This document shows, piece after piece, positions 50,951 to 63,420 of a DNA stretch of 64,000 nt; position 1 is the stretch's first letter, and each line of letters begins with the position of its first letter. This stretch comes from Lama glama (lineage: Eukaryota): assembly GCA_028534125.1 (NCBI GenBank), contig CM052816.1:72480001-72544000 (forward strand), given 5' to 3'. Both the position numbers and the translations under genes were made by a program. Below the pieces are notes generated by a model, which saw only the letters and a program-made list of their open reading frames with translations, had not been told where the DNA came from and did no database searches.

Positions 50951-52529
50951 TTAGCACAACATTTATTAACTGGTTTGAAAATTGGAAATTTTAACCCAAA
51001 AAAACATGGTACTGAACCTTAGAGGAGGGGTATCCATTTATCAACCTACTACTCAAAATCTTAAAGAAGCACTTAAGTTACTTACTGATTGAAAAATAAC
51101 TCCACAATACAGCAGATTTTGTTTTATGAGTCTTAAATTGTCTTTTTAAAAATGAACAACTGATGAACTTTGACCCCATTGGATAAGATAGTTTCTCCAA
51201 TATATCCAGATAATTACAGTTACAGCTGTAACTTGAATAGCTGTGATAGGTTACTTTATCTTTAACCTAGATTAATTTCCTATGGATTCAGTTATACCAT
51301 ATTTAAGAGAATGGACAAAACGTCAGCCTCAATTTATTTTTGCTAAATTTGCACAGATTAAGCTAAAGTGAAGAATGGAAATTATTACATTTAATTAATA
51401 AATTTATTAGATTCTACTTTAAAGAAAAGGGATTGGCAACTTTTATGAGTCTGCATTGATTTAAGTTACTATTCCTATATAAAAGGCAATGTTTATAAAG
51501 GATTGTGGAAAAAAACCTATTGTACAAATTGTAAAAAACAACTAGGTAATTCATTTTTTTTTCTTTTTTCATGCTCTATACTATCAGGATCTGTGTTATG
51601 CAATTTGTTTGCTTTTATATCTACATATACTATCTCATTTAGCTGTTATTCAAACTTAATAAAGATTCTGGATGTGTTCTGCTTTAAAAATAATACTTTC
51701 CTGGTTTGGTTATCTTATGTTGTTTCCCTTGATAGAAGTATCTCCAGTCTTAATTGTTATTTCCAGTTCCTAACTTATCTAGACTCAGTCTTCTGACAGT
51801 TGCTTCGTACCAGATCTTTTCCAAATCTTGCACTCTGTTCATGTCCTTAATTTGGGTTAACCATCTTAAGAATGGTTGATGCTCTTAAGGTCACCAGGAT
51901 TCTTATACAGCATTCCTACTTTTCCCTGATGACCAGTTTCTGGGGTCTACCTGAGTGCAGTTCCCATTCTCTGCCATCCCTACTCTTCTATATCTTGCCT
52001 GGTTATAACTTTTTTCAGTTCTAGCTCTTTGCCTCCCATTCATCACTTGCTGAACCCAAATACCTAGAATTTTCAGGGGACTGAACTATTTCAAAATATA
52101 ACTATTAATCCTCTTTGGTCCCTGGTATCATTTATCTTTCCTTTGTGCTGCTCTGCTGTATTTATTTTTCCAATTTGTTTTTGTTTATCAGCCCATATTT
52201 CTGAAACAAATTGATTCTATCTTGTCATTTCTAAGCAGAGCTCCATCCATTATACCTTAACATTTTATCAGTCAGGATTACATCCAGCTGCATAGAACAG
52301 AAAAACCACCTAACAGTTGCATAAATACTTAGTCATCCTCATTTATTTTTCCTCCACTACAAAAATGTGTTGTTAAGATCAGCTGAATACTATCAACAAG
52401 GATCCAGATTCCTATCTTCCAACATAACTTAGCCTGTTACTTTTGTCTTTTTAATGGCGTGACGGTCTCTTTTGTTTTTGCCTATTTTCAGCTTCTTCAT
52501 CCTTTCATAAAATATGTACTTTTGAACTT

Positions 52530-52690
52530 TAAAAAATTTCATTGAGGTATAATTTACATGCAATAAGCTGCACCTATTTAAAATAAACAAATGGGTGATT
52601 TTGAACTTTGTATATACACGTGGAATTTTCACCACAATCGAGATAACATACCCATTTCCCTCAAAGATCCCTATGTCCCTTTGTGTTCAG
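52530..52690 (-). mobile_element. Old L1 3' terminus
   Basis: 'attgaggtataatttacatgcaataagctgcacctattt...caccacaatcgagata'. Confidence 0.75.
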
Positions 52691-52719
52691 TTGTATAGTG
52701 GAGATAACACAAATCATTT

Positions 52720-52895
52720 TGAGGTTTTAATACAAAGTCCAACACTCATTAGCAGAATGAACTTAGATAACTAGTATAATCACTTTTGATTTTCTAATCT
52801 GTAAAATAGAGATAATAAAACCTATTTATAGGGTTGTTGTACATTTATTATTAATATATGTAGAATATCTTATGTGTAGTAAGCATGATTAAATG
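52720..52895 (+). mobile_element. MIR SINE
   Basis: 'atctgtaaaatagagataataaaacctatttatagggttgttgt'. Confidence 0.7.
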
Positions 52896-53690
52896 GGGCT
52901 AAATGTAAGAATACATAATGATAGAAGTAGTGTGAGAAAAATCCCGATGACTTCCTTTACTTATTTCTATAAAACAAAATAAACATTGGGCCCTCTATTT
53001 CCTTTCATTTCAGAGAAGATACATATTTATATAAATTGCTTTTATATCTCCTTATCCCACCCATTCCCCCAAGCATTAGTGCCTCTGTTGCCATTTTTTA
53101 ATAATGAGAATAAAATTAAAAAACATGGTACAGTGAATGGATCCAAGCTCCACTGACTTACTGTGGTTGAGTTTTAATAAAATAACCTCTTTTCCCTTGG
53201 CTTTAGGGCCAGAAACCTTAGGCAAAAGTGTGAATTTATGGAACCAACAAATTTAGTGTGTATTTTCAAGCTTAAAAAATCCTGGTCAATAATTTGTGGA
53301 TTTACAAAATGGATTTAACTTAGATATGAAGGCATTTTCAGTCACTGAAGCTGTCATTGTGCCATTGCTCTGGTGGCAAGTTTATTTCAAAATTTAAATC
53401 TAGGACGCTAAGTGTCATTGGAGGTTTTTCTTGTAATAAAAACATTTATGGGAAAAACAAAACTCTGGTGACCTTCAACATAAATAAAATAAGTGAGCTG
53501 TCAAGAAAAATGTCATTTTATGATTCCTGACACATTGTTGGAATCAGAGCATTTAGTGTTAATCCTCAGTCAATTAATTAAAACTTATTCCTTGATTGTG
53601 AGAAAGTATGAATGATATGGTGACTGGGAGATAGAGAAAAAGTTTGCAGTGCCTCTAGTTTAATACTTTAGTTATTATTACAGCTCATCT

Positions 53691-54306
53691 TGACGCAGGA
53701 AAAACAGATGTGGAGAGTGAGGAGGGCTGTGTCCCAGGCTTCAGTTGAGCCCCTGGGATGTGCCCTGCCAAGTAGGGTCCTTGAATAAGGGCAGGAAAGA
53801 ATTCAAGAGCGAGCCACAGTTGAGTAAAGGTAGATTTATTTAGAGAGATACACCGAAAGGCAAGAGAAAGGCCATGAGGTGTAGGGGTTTGGTGCTCAGA
53901 ATAGAGTAAAATTAGGTACACACTCCATAGACAGAGTGCTGACCATCTCTGAACAGAGAGAGAGAGAGAGAGGCTGTGAGGGGTAGTGTTGCCCATTGTA
54001 ATATGCAAATAAGTGGAAGGACCTTCTAACTAACCTGGGGAAGGGGCTGGGATTCCCAGGAAGTTGGCTATTTCCCACTCTTTGACCTTTTGTGGCTAGC
54101 CTGGGGACTGTCATGGCACCTGCAAGCAAGTTATTCACCATGCTAATGTATTACAGTAGGCATATAACGAAGCTCATGTTCTACTAGAAGTTAAATCTCC
54201 CATCATCTTGAGCCTCAAGGCCTCCTGGCGTTGAATCTTTCACCATTTTGATGTTAATTGCTGCAGCATTCTTTGAATGGCTGTGCCCCGCCCCCTTCCT
54301 GTCTCA
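53691..54306 (-). mobile_element. ERV1 solo LTR (616 bp)
   Basis: TG..CA ends; perfect 4-bp TSD 'atct' at 53687-53690 and 54307-54310; minus-strand AATAAA near 53835. Confidence 0.92.
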
Positions 54307-55826
54307 ATCTCAGTGGGACCAGGCATTTCAGTTATACATATGCTCTGTCTATTTTACAGAGTCAAAATGTTCTGTATTAGGATTTCTATATCTTATTCTC
54401 TAAATGTTGTTATTCTCCTCATAAATGTACCTGACACAGTTAAAAGCTAGTGACTAATGTGTCAAAAAATTTAAGATGTGCAGTATGGGAAAGGTAAGGG
54501 TTGGAGAGTAAGACTTAATTCAAAACTCAGCTCCAAGATGGATCTCCTTACCCAGACATCAGGGTTAGCATCTGGGTCAGAATCAGGATGAAGTAATTAA
54601 CCTTCTATGTTTCAGTTTCCTTCTTTGTAAAATGTGAATAATAACATTTTTCCAACAGAGAAGTGGTGAGTAGTAATGAAATACCTGACACAGGTCATCC
54701 TCAAAAAATTGAAGCTTTTATACATGGTATGACTTTGTACTATATTGTGGTATCACCTAGCAAGGGTGGGTATAAATAGTGTGAAATAACATCTTTTCTC
54801 TTCCAATTTACATATCTGGCTGATAGGAAATTGTGCTTGATATTATTGACAGCCACTCTGTCACAATTTAAGAGATTTCTGTTATGGGAACAGTGGGTAG
54901 AGACAATGTTCAGCCAATTCAAGGTTGTAAAGGAATTTCTTCCCAATAAATTGAGGGGTTTGCATGGTGGAGCAGAAAACATGAGTCAGATAAGGATGCA
55001 CAGAACACTGAGAAGATAAGTTCAAGAGAGAAAATAGAAGTATATGCTCTAAGTCATGTTTTTTTGCTCATCCACCCTGCCATACTGCAAATATCATTTC
55101 ATTAGGAGGACACCGAATAAATCAGTGTGTATGTGATGTGTGTGTATAAGTGTGTAGATGGATGTATTTGTACAAGTGTGTATGTGTGTCTATATTCACA
55201 CATTTTGAAAAGGAAAAAGAGATATCCATTTGTTTTTTTAATCCCTTAGCTATTTTTTACCGTCTCTCACTTCTTTTTCTCTTTCATCTGTCCTAACACC
55301 TGGTACAGAAAAAAATGTGTCCATTTATGTAGTGACGGACATAAAGATTCAGTCTGAGTTTAAAATAACAACCACCACCACAACAACATCTTGGGAACAT
55401 TTTAAATTCAAGAGAGTTATTAGTTCTGATTGGAACTACTCTGACCATTTGCTGCCTAAATGAAGCTCTATTGTGTTATCCTCAACTTAAATTTCCAGGG
55501 AATGTGCAAAATACTGCTTTGGAACTCCAGGAAGAAAACATCTTGGACATAATAGCTTATATGCATTTAGAGGCAGGAAATTACTAATTCAGCTATAAAA
55601 TTGTTTCATGTGAGTAAGATGCAATTTTTAAACTTGCTCTTTCTTTCAAAAGTAGAAAACATGGATATACATATTACAGAGCTATAAATCATATTTAATT
55701 TAAACATAACTGACTTTATTAATCTCGTCCTTTTCTTAAAGCTTTTTTGTAATGTAAAGAAATGCAAACATCAGAGCATGAAACTCAGATACAGTTCAGT
55801 GCGTTCACATATTTTGCCAAAATTCT

Positions 55827-56475
55827 TGTTGCCAGTATATACAACTGGTGTTCCAGGTTCTTGTCCCATCCCAGAAAGAATTTAGAGACAAGACGTAGTG
55901 GTTAAAAAAAGTAAAGTGAGGATTTATTAAAGGATGGATAGTACACTCTCAACGGGAGAGCGGGCAGGCTCAGGTGAGCGGCTGCCCTGAGTTTCTTTGG
56001 CAAGTTAGTTATGTGGGGTGTAAAAATGAATGGGCGGAATACTCACTGGGGAGGGAAAGGCTTGGAGTCGTATTCCCTGATTATAATCTCAACTCCACCT
56101 TCCCAAAGGGAGGAGGGGTTTTTGTCCTTATTTAGTCTGGATCAGAAATGTCATGGCGTCGGTGCATGATGGGTACTTCTGATCTGCAAGGCTAATTTTA
56201 AAGAAATGAAGGCATAATGAGCAAAAGGTTACATTTGGATCCTGGAAATTCCTGCCTTTTCTCACCTTTCTTTGCTGGTCTCCAGGCCAAAAGGTGTGGT
56301 GGCCCCTTATCAGCCCAAAGGTTCCTGCTTTTCTTTCTCTGCCCAGGGACCCCTGGTGCTTACATAATGTATGTTTTCCTGCATTTGGCTTGTGCCCCTC
56401 CTTTCTGCCTAATTCCTGCCATTTGGTCTGTGTCCCCCTTTTCTGCCCATATGTAGCTGTCTGCCTGCTCTAACA
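55827..56475 (-). mobile_element. ERV1 solo LTR (649 bp)
   Basis: 'tgtt...aaca' ends; perfect 4-bp TSD 'ttct' at 55823-55826 and 56476-56479; minus-strand AATAAA near 55923. Confidence 0.92.
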
Positions 56476-57008
56476 TTCTGATTTAGCAATTGTACCAAGT
56501 AGAAGAGCTTGAGGCCATAACATTCATAAGCATTCTATGAATATTTTGATAGCTTTTATGTCAGGAACAAATTTGAGAACTTTTTTCCTCCCTTTGAATC
56601 CAGGCAATTCAAATGCTGTATTTGCCAGTGAATATAATTTTAGAAATCATTAGAATTAATGAAGTCATATTTTCAAACAAAAGAAATAGTCACTGCAATG
56701 GAACTATTTTTGGATATATGGAAATACATTATATTATTATCATATGTTCTGAAATTCTCAACCTTTTAGTTTTGGGCCAGAGATTGTAAACAATTTTACT
56801 AGGTATCCGGGGTTCATGGCTTCCCCATCGCAAGGCCAACTTCCTCCTCTTTTTTTCTGAATTGACTAAAGCACCAAGAAAAACTCTAGCTCTTTTTTTG
56901 AAATGCTGTGTATATGTTTACTAAGTTCATATAACTTTTTGAGATCAATACCTTCAGTAAAACTTTAGAAAGCTGAGTTGCATATGGGACGTGCTGTTAC
57001 CTTTATAT

Positions 57009-57472
57009 TGTTATGGAAACGACAGGCCAGTCAAGAAACAAGCACCACTCGGAGGGTTGGAGTACTCAGATGTATTACGCTGGCAGGCTCAGAGGGGCTT
57101 CTGCTCCGAAGCTCTGAGCACCTTCAAGATATGCACATGACGTTTTATAGGGTAAAGTACAAGCTTGGGGTATTCGGCCAATAGGCATGGAACAGCTTTA
57201 GCAGCATCATCATCACAAAAGTGGAGGCGGGGAGGCAGCAAACCAACATTCCAAAGCCAGATATGTATCTTTGAAAATCCAGCTGGCTAGCAAAAAACAT
57301 AAACAGCAAGCCAACACTAATTAACCTTGATTTACAAGTTAGTCCAGCAGAACTCAGATCAGTATTCCAATATTTAGATTTGTGAGTTATCTTGTTAGCC
57401 CAGCCCAGCCTCTCCTTCACATTCCTAGACTTATGAGTTATCTTGTCAGACCAGCCTGGTTTTTCCTTCACA
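57009..57472 (-). mobile_element. ERV1 solo LTR (464 bp) with an internal U3 tandem duplication
   Basis: TG..CA ends; TSD 'atat' at 57005-57008 and 57473-57476; minus-strand TATAAAA near 57143-57149. Confidence 0.9.
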
Positions 57473-57919
57473 ATATGAAATGAGCTCACATCTGCTTTTG
57501 TATTTCTGATTTTAATAAGCAAAACTAGGGTGAATAATCAATAAAAGTAAAAAAAAAAACTAAGTTTTTTTTGTATTTTTCCCACTTCTGTGGTTAATTC
57601 CTAATACTAAACTCAGATGTCAGTAGTCTGAGTTACTCATCATTAAGGTTTCAGAATATTCAGTTGCTAACAGCCTCATCTTTAAACCCAGAACTCCTTT
57701 GGTGATGGAAAATAGGAGAAAGTTTAGAACTTATAATAGACCTTACTGTTTTATTCTTTTAATGTCTCTCTTAAAGACTCATTAGAGGTGAAAAGTGAAG
57801 GCAACCACCTTCTAATCAAAACTACAAACTATTATAACCAATATTTTCATATCAAAGGGAGACAAGCAGGTAACATCCCCCCCACCCCTAGGACAGAAGG
57901 AAATTTGCTTAGACAGAAG

Positions 57920-58518
57920 TGTGGGTTCTAGCCGGCAGAAGTTCCACCGAGACGGAATGAATTCCTCGAGACTCGGTGGAAAAAAGTCAAGAGAGCGAGA
58001 GGGAGTTGGGAGCCAACTCCAGGAGCCTCTCAAATGCTCCCACATTTATTGTGTACAATCAAAGGAAAAATCACTAACAATTGTTTGATGGAATGTAGGA
58101 ATTTAGGGAAAGACAGGGTGGGATTGAGATTGTAGAAATCACAGTGAGTACAAAGGCTTTGTTTATCTTTAGAGAAGTCATGGGAAGAGGGGAACAAGAT
58201 ACATTCTTATAGATATGCTAAAGGAGACCACCAGACCAGCCAGGTCCTTGCTTTGGGGATAGAAGACTATCTAACAGCAGGCACGCCCAGCGTTTATAGC
58301 CGAGGGCCTGGGTCGGTTGCTTTGCAACCAGCAGAGTGCTGTCTAAAACCTCAACTATGCAAGCAAGGCATTGTCTCTGCTTTTTACAGCAAGGAGACAA
58401 GAGTGCAGGTGCACAGGCGCCTGCTTGCAAGGCAGTTACTAAGCACGTTTGTTCTTCTTTAAGGAGACAAGCGGCTGGGGTCTGTTACAATTGGTTAACC
58501 CAATCATGTGCTCCCACA
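57920..58518 (-). mobile_element. Class II (ERVK-like) solo LTR (599 bp)
   Basis: Inverted termini 'tgtggg' and 'cccaca'; imperfect 6-bp flanks cagaag/cagggg; minus-strand AATAAA near 58045; CpGs retained. Confidence 0.8.
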
Positions 58519-58658
58519 CAGGGGAATATTGTACAGGCCAAGAGATGTTACAATCTTTTTCATTTCTTAGGGTCACCTACTTCAGTGTCTTAGGGGAGGC
58601 TAGGCTAGACTATCCTGTTGAAAAACATTCATTTGTTTCTTTTATTCTGTTATTCTGT

Positions 58659-59123
58659 TGTGAATGAAAATACTGCAACCATATCAGTAAACAAAGAATG
58701 CTGACGCTAAGTCATCAGTGGCTGCTGCCACCCCCCAGTGAGGACAGGCCTGCAGCCCAGCCTCTGCAGCCACTCACAATGGTGCACACTGAGTGGACTC
58801 AGAATAAGAAAGGACAGGATGCTGGCCCTAGATAGCCAGGTGCTTGTCAAAGGAATGAATTTGGTGAGCCCAAATGTTTGCTTCCTCCCATACATAGAAA
58901 AGCACTAAATTCTTTAACTTGAGATGCCTGGTTTTCTTTAGATAACAAGCAATCTTTTATTGTTCCAGCTACCTGGTCTTTGTTGTAAAGCTCCTATATA
59001 TCCTAGCTCCTCCCCTACCTCTTCGGAGCCTCAGAGCCATCTGAGAGGCTGTCATCCCGGCTCGAGGCCTCCCACCAAATAAAACATGACTCTTTTAACT
59101 TTTAGCATTTATTTCAGTTGACA
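58659..59123 (+). mobile_element. ERV1 solo LTR (465 bp)
   Basis: Termini 'tgtgaatgaaaata' and 'tatttcagttgaca'; flanks ctgt/ctat; TATA 'cctatatat' near 58995; AATAAA near 59078. Confidence 0.85.
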
Positions 59124-59439
59124 CTATATTTGTATATATGTTATATATGTTATAAATGTAACCTTTCTAAAGTTGTGATTTATGCTGTTTATCAGTATTA
59201 TTCTAGGCCACTGTGGCTGAGGGAAGTTTAATGGTGTTGCCTGCCATGGTTTTATGCGATTAAAGATCTGGTTTTTGTTTGATTTCTAAGCAGAAAGAGA
59301 TTCTTTCTACCATCATCATCCCAGCAATCAGAGAATACAGAAGTCTCAGGTTCAAATTTCAGAACTATAGCCCTATGTAAACATTTGTGGTTAATAAGAA
59401 AAAACTACAAACTGCATAAAGTGACGTTACATAATTACT

Positions 59440-59580
59440 TTCTTGTTTGTTAGTAGCCTCTTCCATGAGATTGTAAGCCCTTTGAAGCCCTCTGGATCAC
59501 TTCTGTTATCTGCTGTACTTAGAGCAAGTTCAGGCTTAGTATAGAGAGGTTTAATAAATGTTTGTTGGATGAATTAATCA
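59440..59580 (+). mobile_element. L2 3' terminus
   Basis: 'gagattgtaagccctttgaag...ttaataaatgtttgttggatgaat'. Confidence 0.75.
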
Positions 59581-59973
59581 ATAATAAGAGTCCTGTAGCA
59601 AGAAGTGACTATTCTGGCAAGATAACTCTGGTGGGAGAAGAATGATACAGGGCACTTAATAAGAGACAAACAGAACATCAAGCCAAGGACAGAGGCAGTT
59701 CTCTAAGCCATGGATACATATGGAGGATCAAAATGTGGTATCAGAGTGCACACCATATATTTCACTTCATATTTTATTGCATAGAAATACACACACACAC
59801 ACACACACACGTTATATATAGCCCACTCCAAGAAAATTCTTCTATGAGAAAAAATCAATTAAAACATAGGTATTATTGACTCACAGATAGAGAGGTGGGG
59901 TATTAATTAAAGGAAATTTTTTAAAAAATCTTTTCTAAAATGGATTCAGTTCAGATGGAGATACTTTGCACTT

Positions 59974-60017
59974 AAGAATAGGACTGATTTAAAAAAAAAA
60001 AAGAATAGGACTGATTT
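59974..60017 (+). mobile_element. Poly(A)-only retroinsertion with 17-bp TSD
   Basis: 'aagaataggactgattt' + A10 + 'aagaataggactgattt', preceded by TT. Confidence 0.8.
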
Positions 60018-63000
60018 ATAACAAGCTTTTTGTGAAGACTTCTGAAGACATTAGGATCCCCAGCATAAGACTGACCTTGAATAAAAAGGCTAGGGAACTT
60101 CCTTATTGGAAAAGAGAGAAAAGGGTAAAAAGGATGTAGATGCCAAGAAGTGGAAAAACTGGACACTGGAAGAAAAGTGAAAATTTTGCAAAAATTGGAT
60201 AAAGGAAAATGAGGTAATTAATGGGAAAAGTGGATGGCATGAAGATAAATATTGAGATTGCTGTTCAACATCAACCGTCCAATTAAACGTGTGAAATCAT
60301 GATTTTATACTGGAACCAATATGCTCTTTTTTCTGTACCTTCCCCACAGTCTTTGCTTCAGTGGATTATGTATGGAGAAAATGAACATGCCTGAATCAGG
60401 GTTTACCTTTGGAATTGTATGTTACTCATAAAATCTTCCTCAAAATGGCTTTCCCCTGAGATATTTTAATTCCAATAGGTGCCTAAATCAAATGGTATTT
60501 ATGGAAATTTCTTTGAAGAGAGCTAACATGAGGTCATTCAAAACTAACTGGCATTTATTCCATTGATGAGAAAGCCATGATAATTTTGTGTGTCAACAAT
60601 TACTTTCAGGCCATGGTGCAGCACTATTTCTATATGTGGAAATATTAGCTTTTAATGGAGAAATGGCCACTGTTTAATAAGGTACTGTTAGAAGTCTTAA
60701 TGCAAGTATAGCAAACAAAGTGAATTTCACTTGATTACAAAGTTAACAATTTCTACGTTAGGTAAAGAATGACAGGTCTAGTTTTGTTCTTTGAATTTAG
60801 GATGTTACAAGCAATATATGTCCCCTTAAATGTGGAAAGGAGACAGCCCTCTAATTACTTCTGCCTGGTTTCACTGAAGTCATTCTATCCACATCCATTT
60901 CTCTTTGGAAGACCAGTGGACAGTTGCTGAGGTTTCTTTATATATCTCCTGCTAGGAAAGAGAGAGAATAAGAAAGTTTAAATAATCTGAGTACAGCTTG
61001 AGTTGGACATTGAGGTGTTTTGTAACCACACATTTGAATGTGGGTTTCTTTGCTCTTTTGATAATTCAAAAGAACAAATAATGAAATGGTGCTGCCATAC
61101 TTTGAAACTACAGATTTAAGGGCATAAGACCATTAACTTTTACCTTCAACCTGCCACACTATTCATAATTCTCTCTTTACTTTCTATGCATGCTGGCTGC
61201 TGGCAGGGTATGGTATCTCTTCTCAGACGGATTCTAAACCACAGTCTACAATGAAGTGCTCTTATAAAAATTATGACAACTCTGGGTCATGTGACCTTAG
61301 GCTGATATGGTAATTAACTCTTTTTGCCCAAATGACTCAACTGCATGCTCTAAGACTGAATATGAACAGAATCAACAAAAGGATTGTCATCTACTTTGAT
61401 AATTAATTCACCACTGGAAAATAAATCATCTTCCTGTGCATAATTTTTAAAGATTATAAAATAAGCTCTAGCTTGTCTTGGGAGATACAAAATTCTGTAG
61501 TGAAAGAGTTTGATTCTGCGTAGTTCCTGGCTCTACAGTCCTCTTCCTCATTTTGGACTCAGCAGAAAAATTAGCATCTCAGCTCCGAAAATGAGTTGGC
61601 AAATTAGCCTTGCCTTGAGATATCTGCTGCAGTCTGGGAAAGTTCTTGTTCCTTTCTGTGCATAAAGTGGCGCATAACCATGTGGTTTTGTGCTAGTGCT
61701 TATTTCAAAAGCATTTATTGAAATCTTCTATGCATGATGTGATATCAGAATGGAATATAATTTTCAAAAATGTGAAGAGGCTGAGTTCTTCGACTCAATG
61801 TAAGGCAGCCTATGAATGAATACCAAAATTTTAGAGACAATAGGTACTAGAGAATGGAGAGAAACTCTGAGTGGCTCCAGTGTAGGATATATTTCTTCTT
61901 AGTCTTCAAGACCTGAATAACTAGGATCTAGCATTAACTTACTTATCCAAATTTTCAAGATTTAGGTTCAAATAATTAAATAGGTGCTTTAAAGACACCC
62001 TCTAACCTAAAGCCTGTTTACTTTACAGGATTTTATTTGCTTTCCACATAGATTATGCAGAAATCAATGAACGTGCCTGTGATCCGAACAGTGCTGAATG
62101 ATTTATTTGGCTTCAACTGATAAAAAGAGGTGTTGGCTTGTTTGGTTGGTGTGTTTTATACAGGGTCATAGTGAGCTATTGGAGTCGTCATTTAGAAAAG
62201 TGTCTGTGTGAGGTTACAAACTATGGTTCTTTTGGTACTTTGCATCATCCTGGCTGCTTAGACACTGAGGAAACTAAAACATATCAGATTTGGGAGAATC
62301 TGCATTAATCCAGAGAGGCACCTGTATGCTGAGGAAGGTAATCTCCAAATTCTGGTGCCCTGTGGATCAAATCAGGCAGACATTCTGCCACCAGAGTCAG
62401 GTGTAACTTTAAAAAAGGGAATAACTTTTTAGGAAAAAATACACTGAGGAAATCAATTCTCAAAATGGAAGGAAAAAAAGGAGGAGGAAAAAATATATTT
62501 ATGATACATACCTAGGTATTATATCTATACATCTACATATATATAAAATACAGTTTTTAAAGCTGTTTCCTGAGTGCATGAGAAAATCAGATATCATTAT
62601 TGTACCAAATATATCCCCTAGCATCCATGAGTATGCCTTGAACTGAATAAAAGTCAATCTTTTTCTAGTTGTATTGGCACTCAGAAGTTATGGAATGGGT
62701 GTCCATAATTAATCCTTTAATTAATTTGTCAAAGCAAACCTTTTCACAGTTGAATTGTGTAGCAACTTCCTGGCAAACTGAGGGAAAAGAGTAGAAGCAG
62801 ATCTAACAGTCATTTCAGGTGGGAAAAAAAGGCTTTCCAATAGAACGTAGAATTTCTATTACATAAAATCAATGAAGAGATGATGTTTTAAAATTTTGTT
62901 TGTTTTAAAACATCATATAAAGCAATGTATAAAATGCTAAGGCTCTTTTCTAGCTAGAATTATGCTGTAGATTCATAGTTTCTAGACATAGTTTACAGAG

Positions 63001-63346
63001 CACTATTTCAGATTATGTAAATAGATACAGAAAAAGTTGTAATTTGTGAAGTGAATTTATATCTCAGTCTAGAAACTTCTGTTCATAGCACCTTGTAAAT
63101 GATACTGAAAATTCTGTAGAAAAGAAAAGCATAATATTTCCTAATTGTTAGCCATAAAACACTTTTTTCCTCAGCACATTTGTAGAGGAATACCAAAACA
63201 CTATAGACTTACCATAAATTTGAAGAAAAATTTTGTATACCTGGGGTCTGGAAATGCAGAGATACATAAGTCACAGTGACTATTTTTGAGAAGGGGACAG
63301 GCAGATTCATCATAATGAACCACAACAATTATAGATATACATTTGT

Positions 63347-63375
63347 TGATGATGGTGATGATGATGATGATGATG

Positions 63376-63417
<42 letters not shown>
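63347..63417. repeat. Compound (GAT)n(AAT)n microsatellite
   Basis: Read directly; it is the source of the poly-Ile ORF at 63201-63458. Confidence 0.97.

Positions 63418-63420
<3 letters not shown>

Noticed and set aside
51218..51233. Perfect 16-bp palindrome agttacagctgtaact
   Set aside because: About one palindrome with 8-bp arms is expected by chance in 64 kb.
53685..58895. Dense short ORFs as a possible gene cluster or provirus
   Set aside because: Most lie within or overlap the GC-richer solo LTRs. There are no gag/pol/env motifs, and the LTRs differ in sequence and have separate flanks, so they do not bound one provirus.
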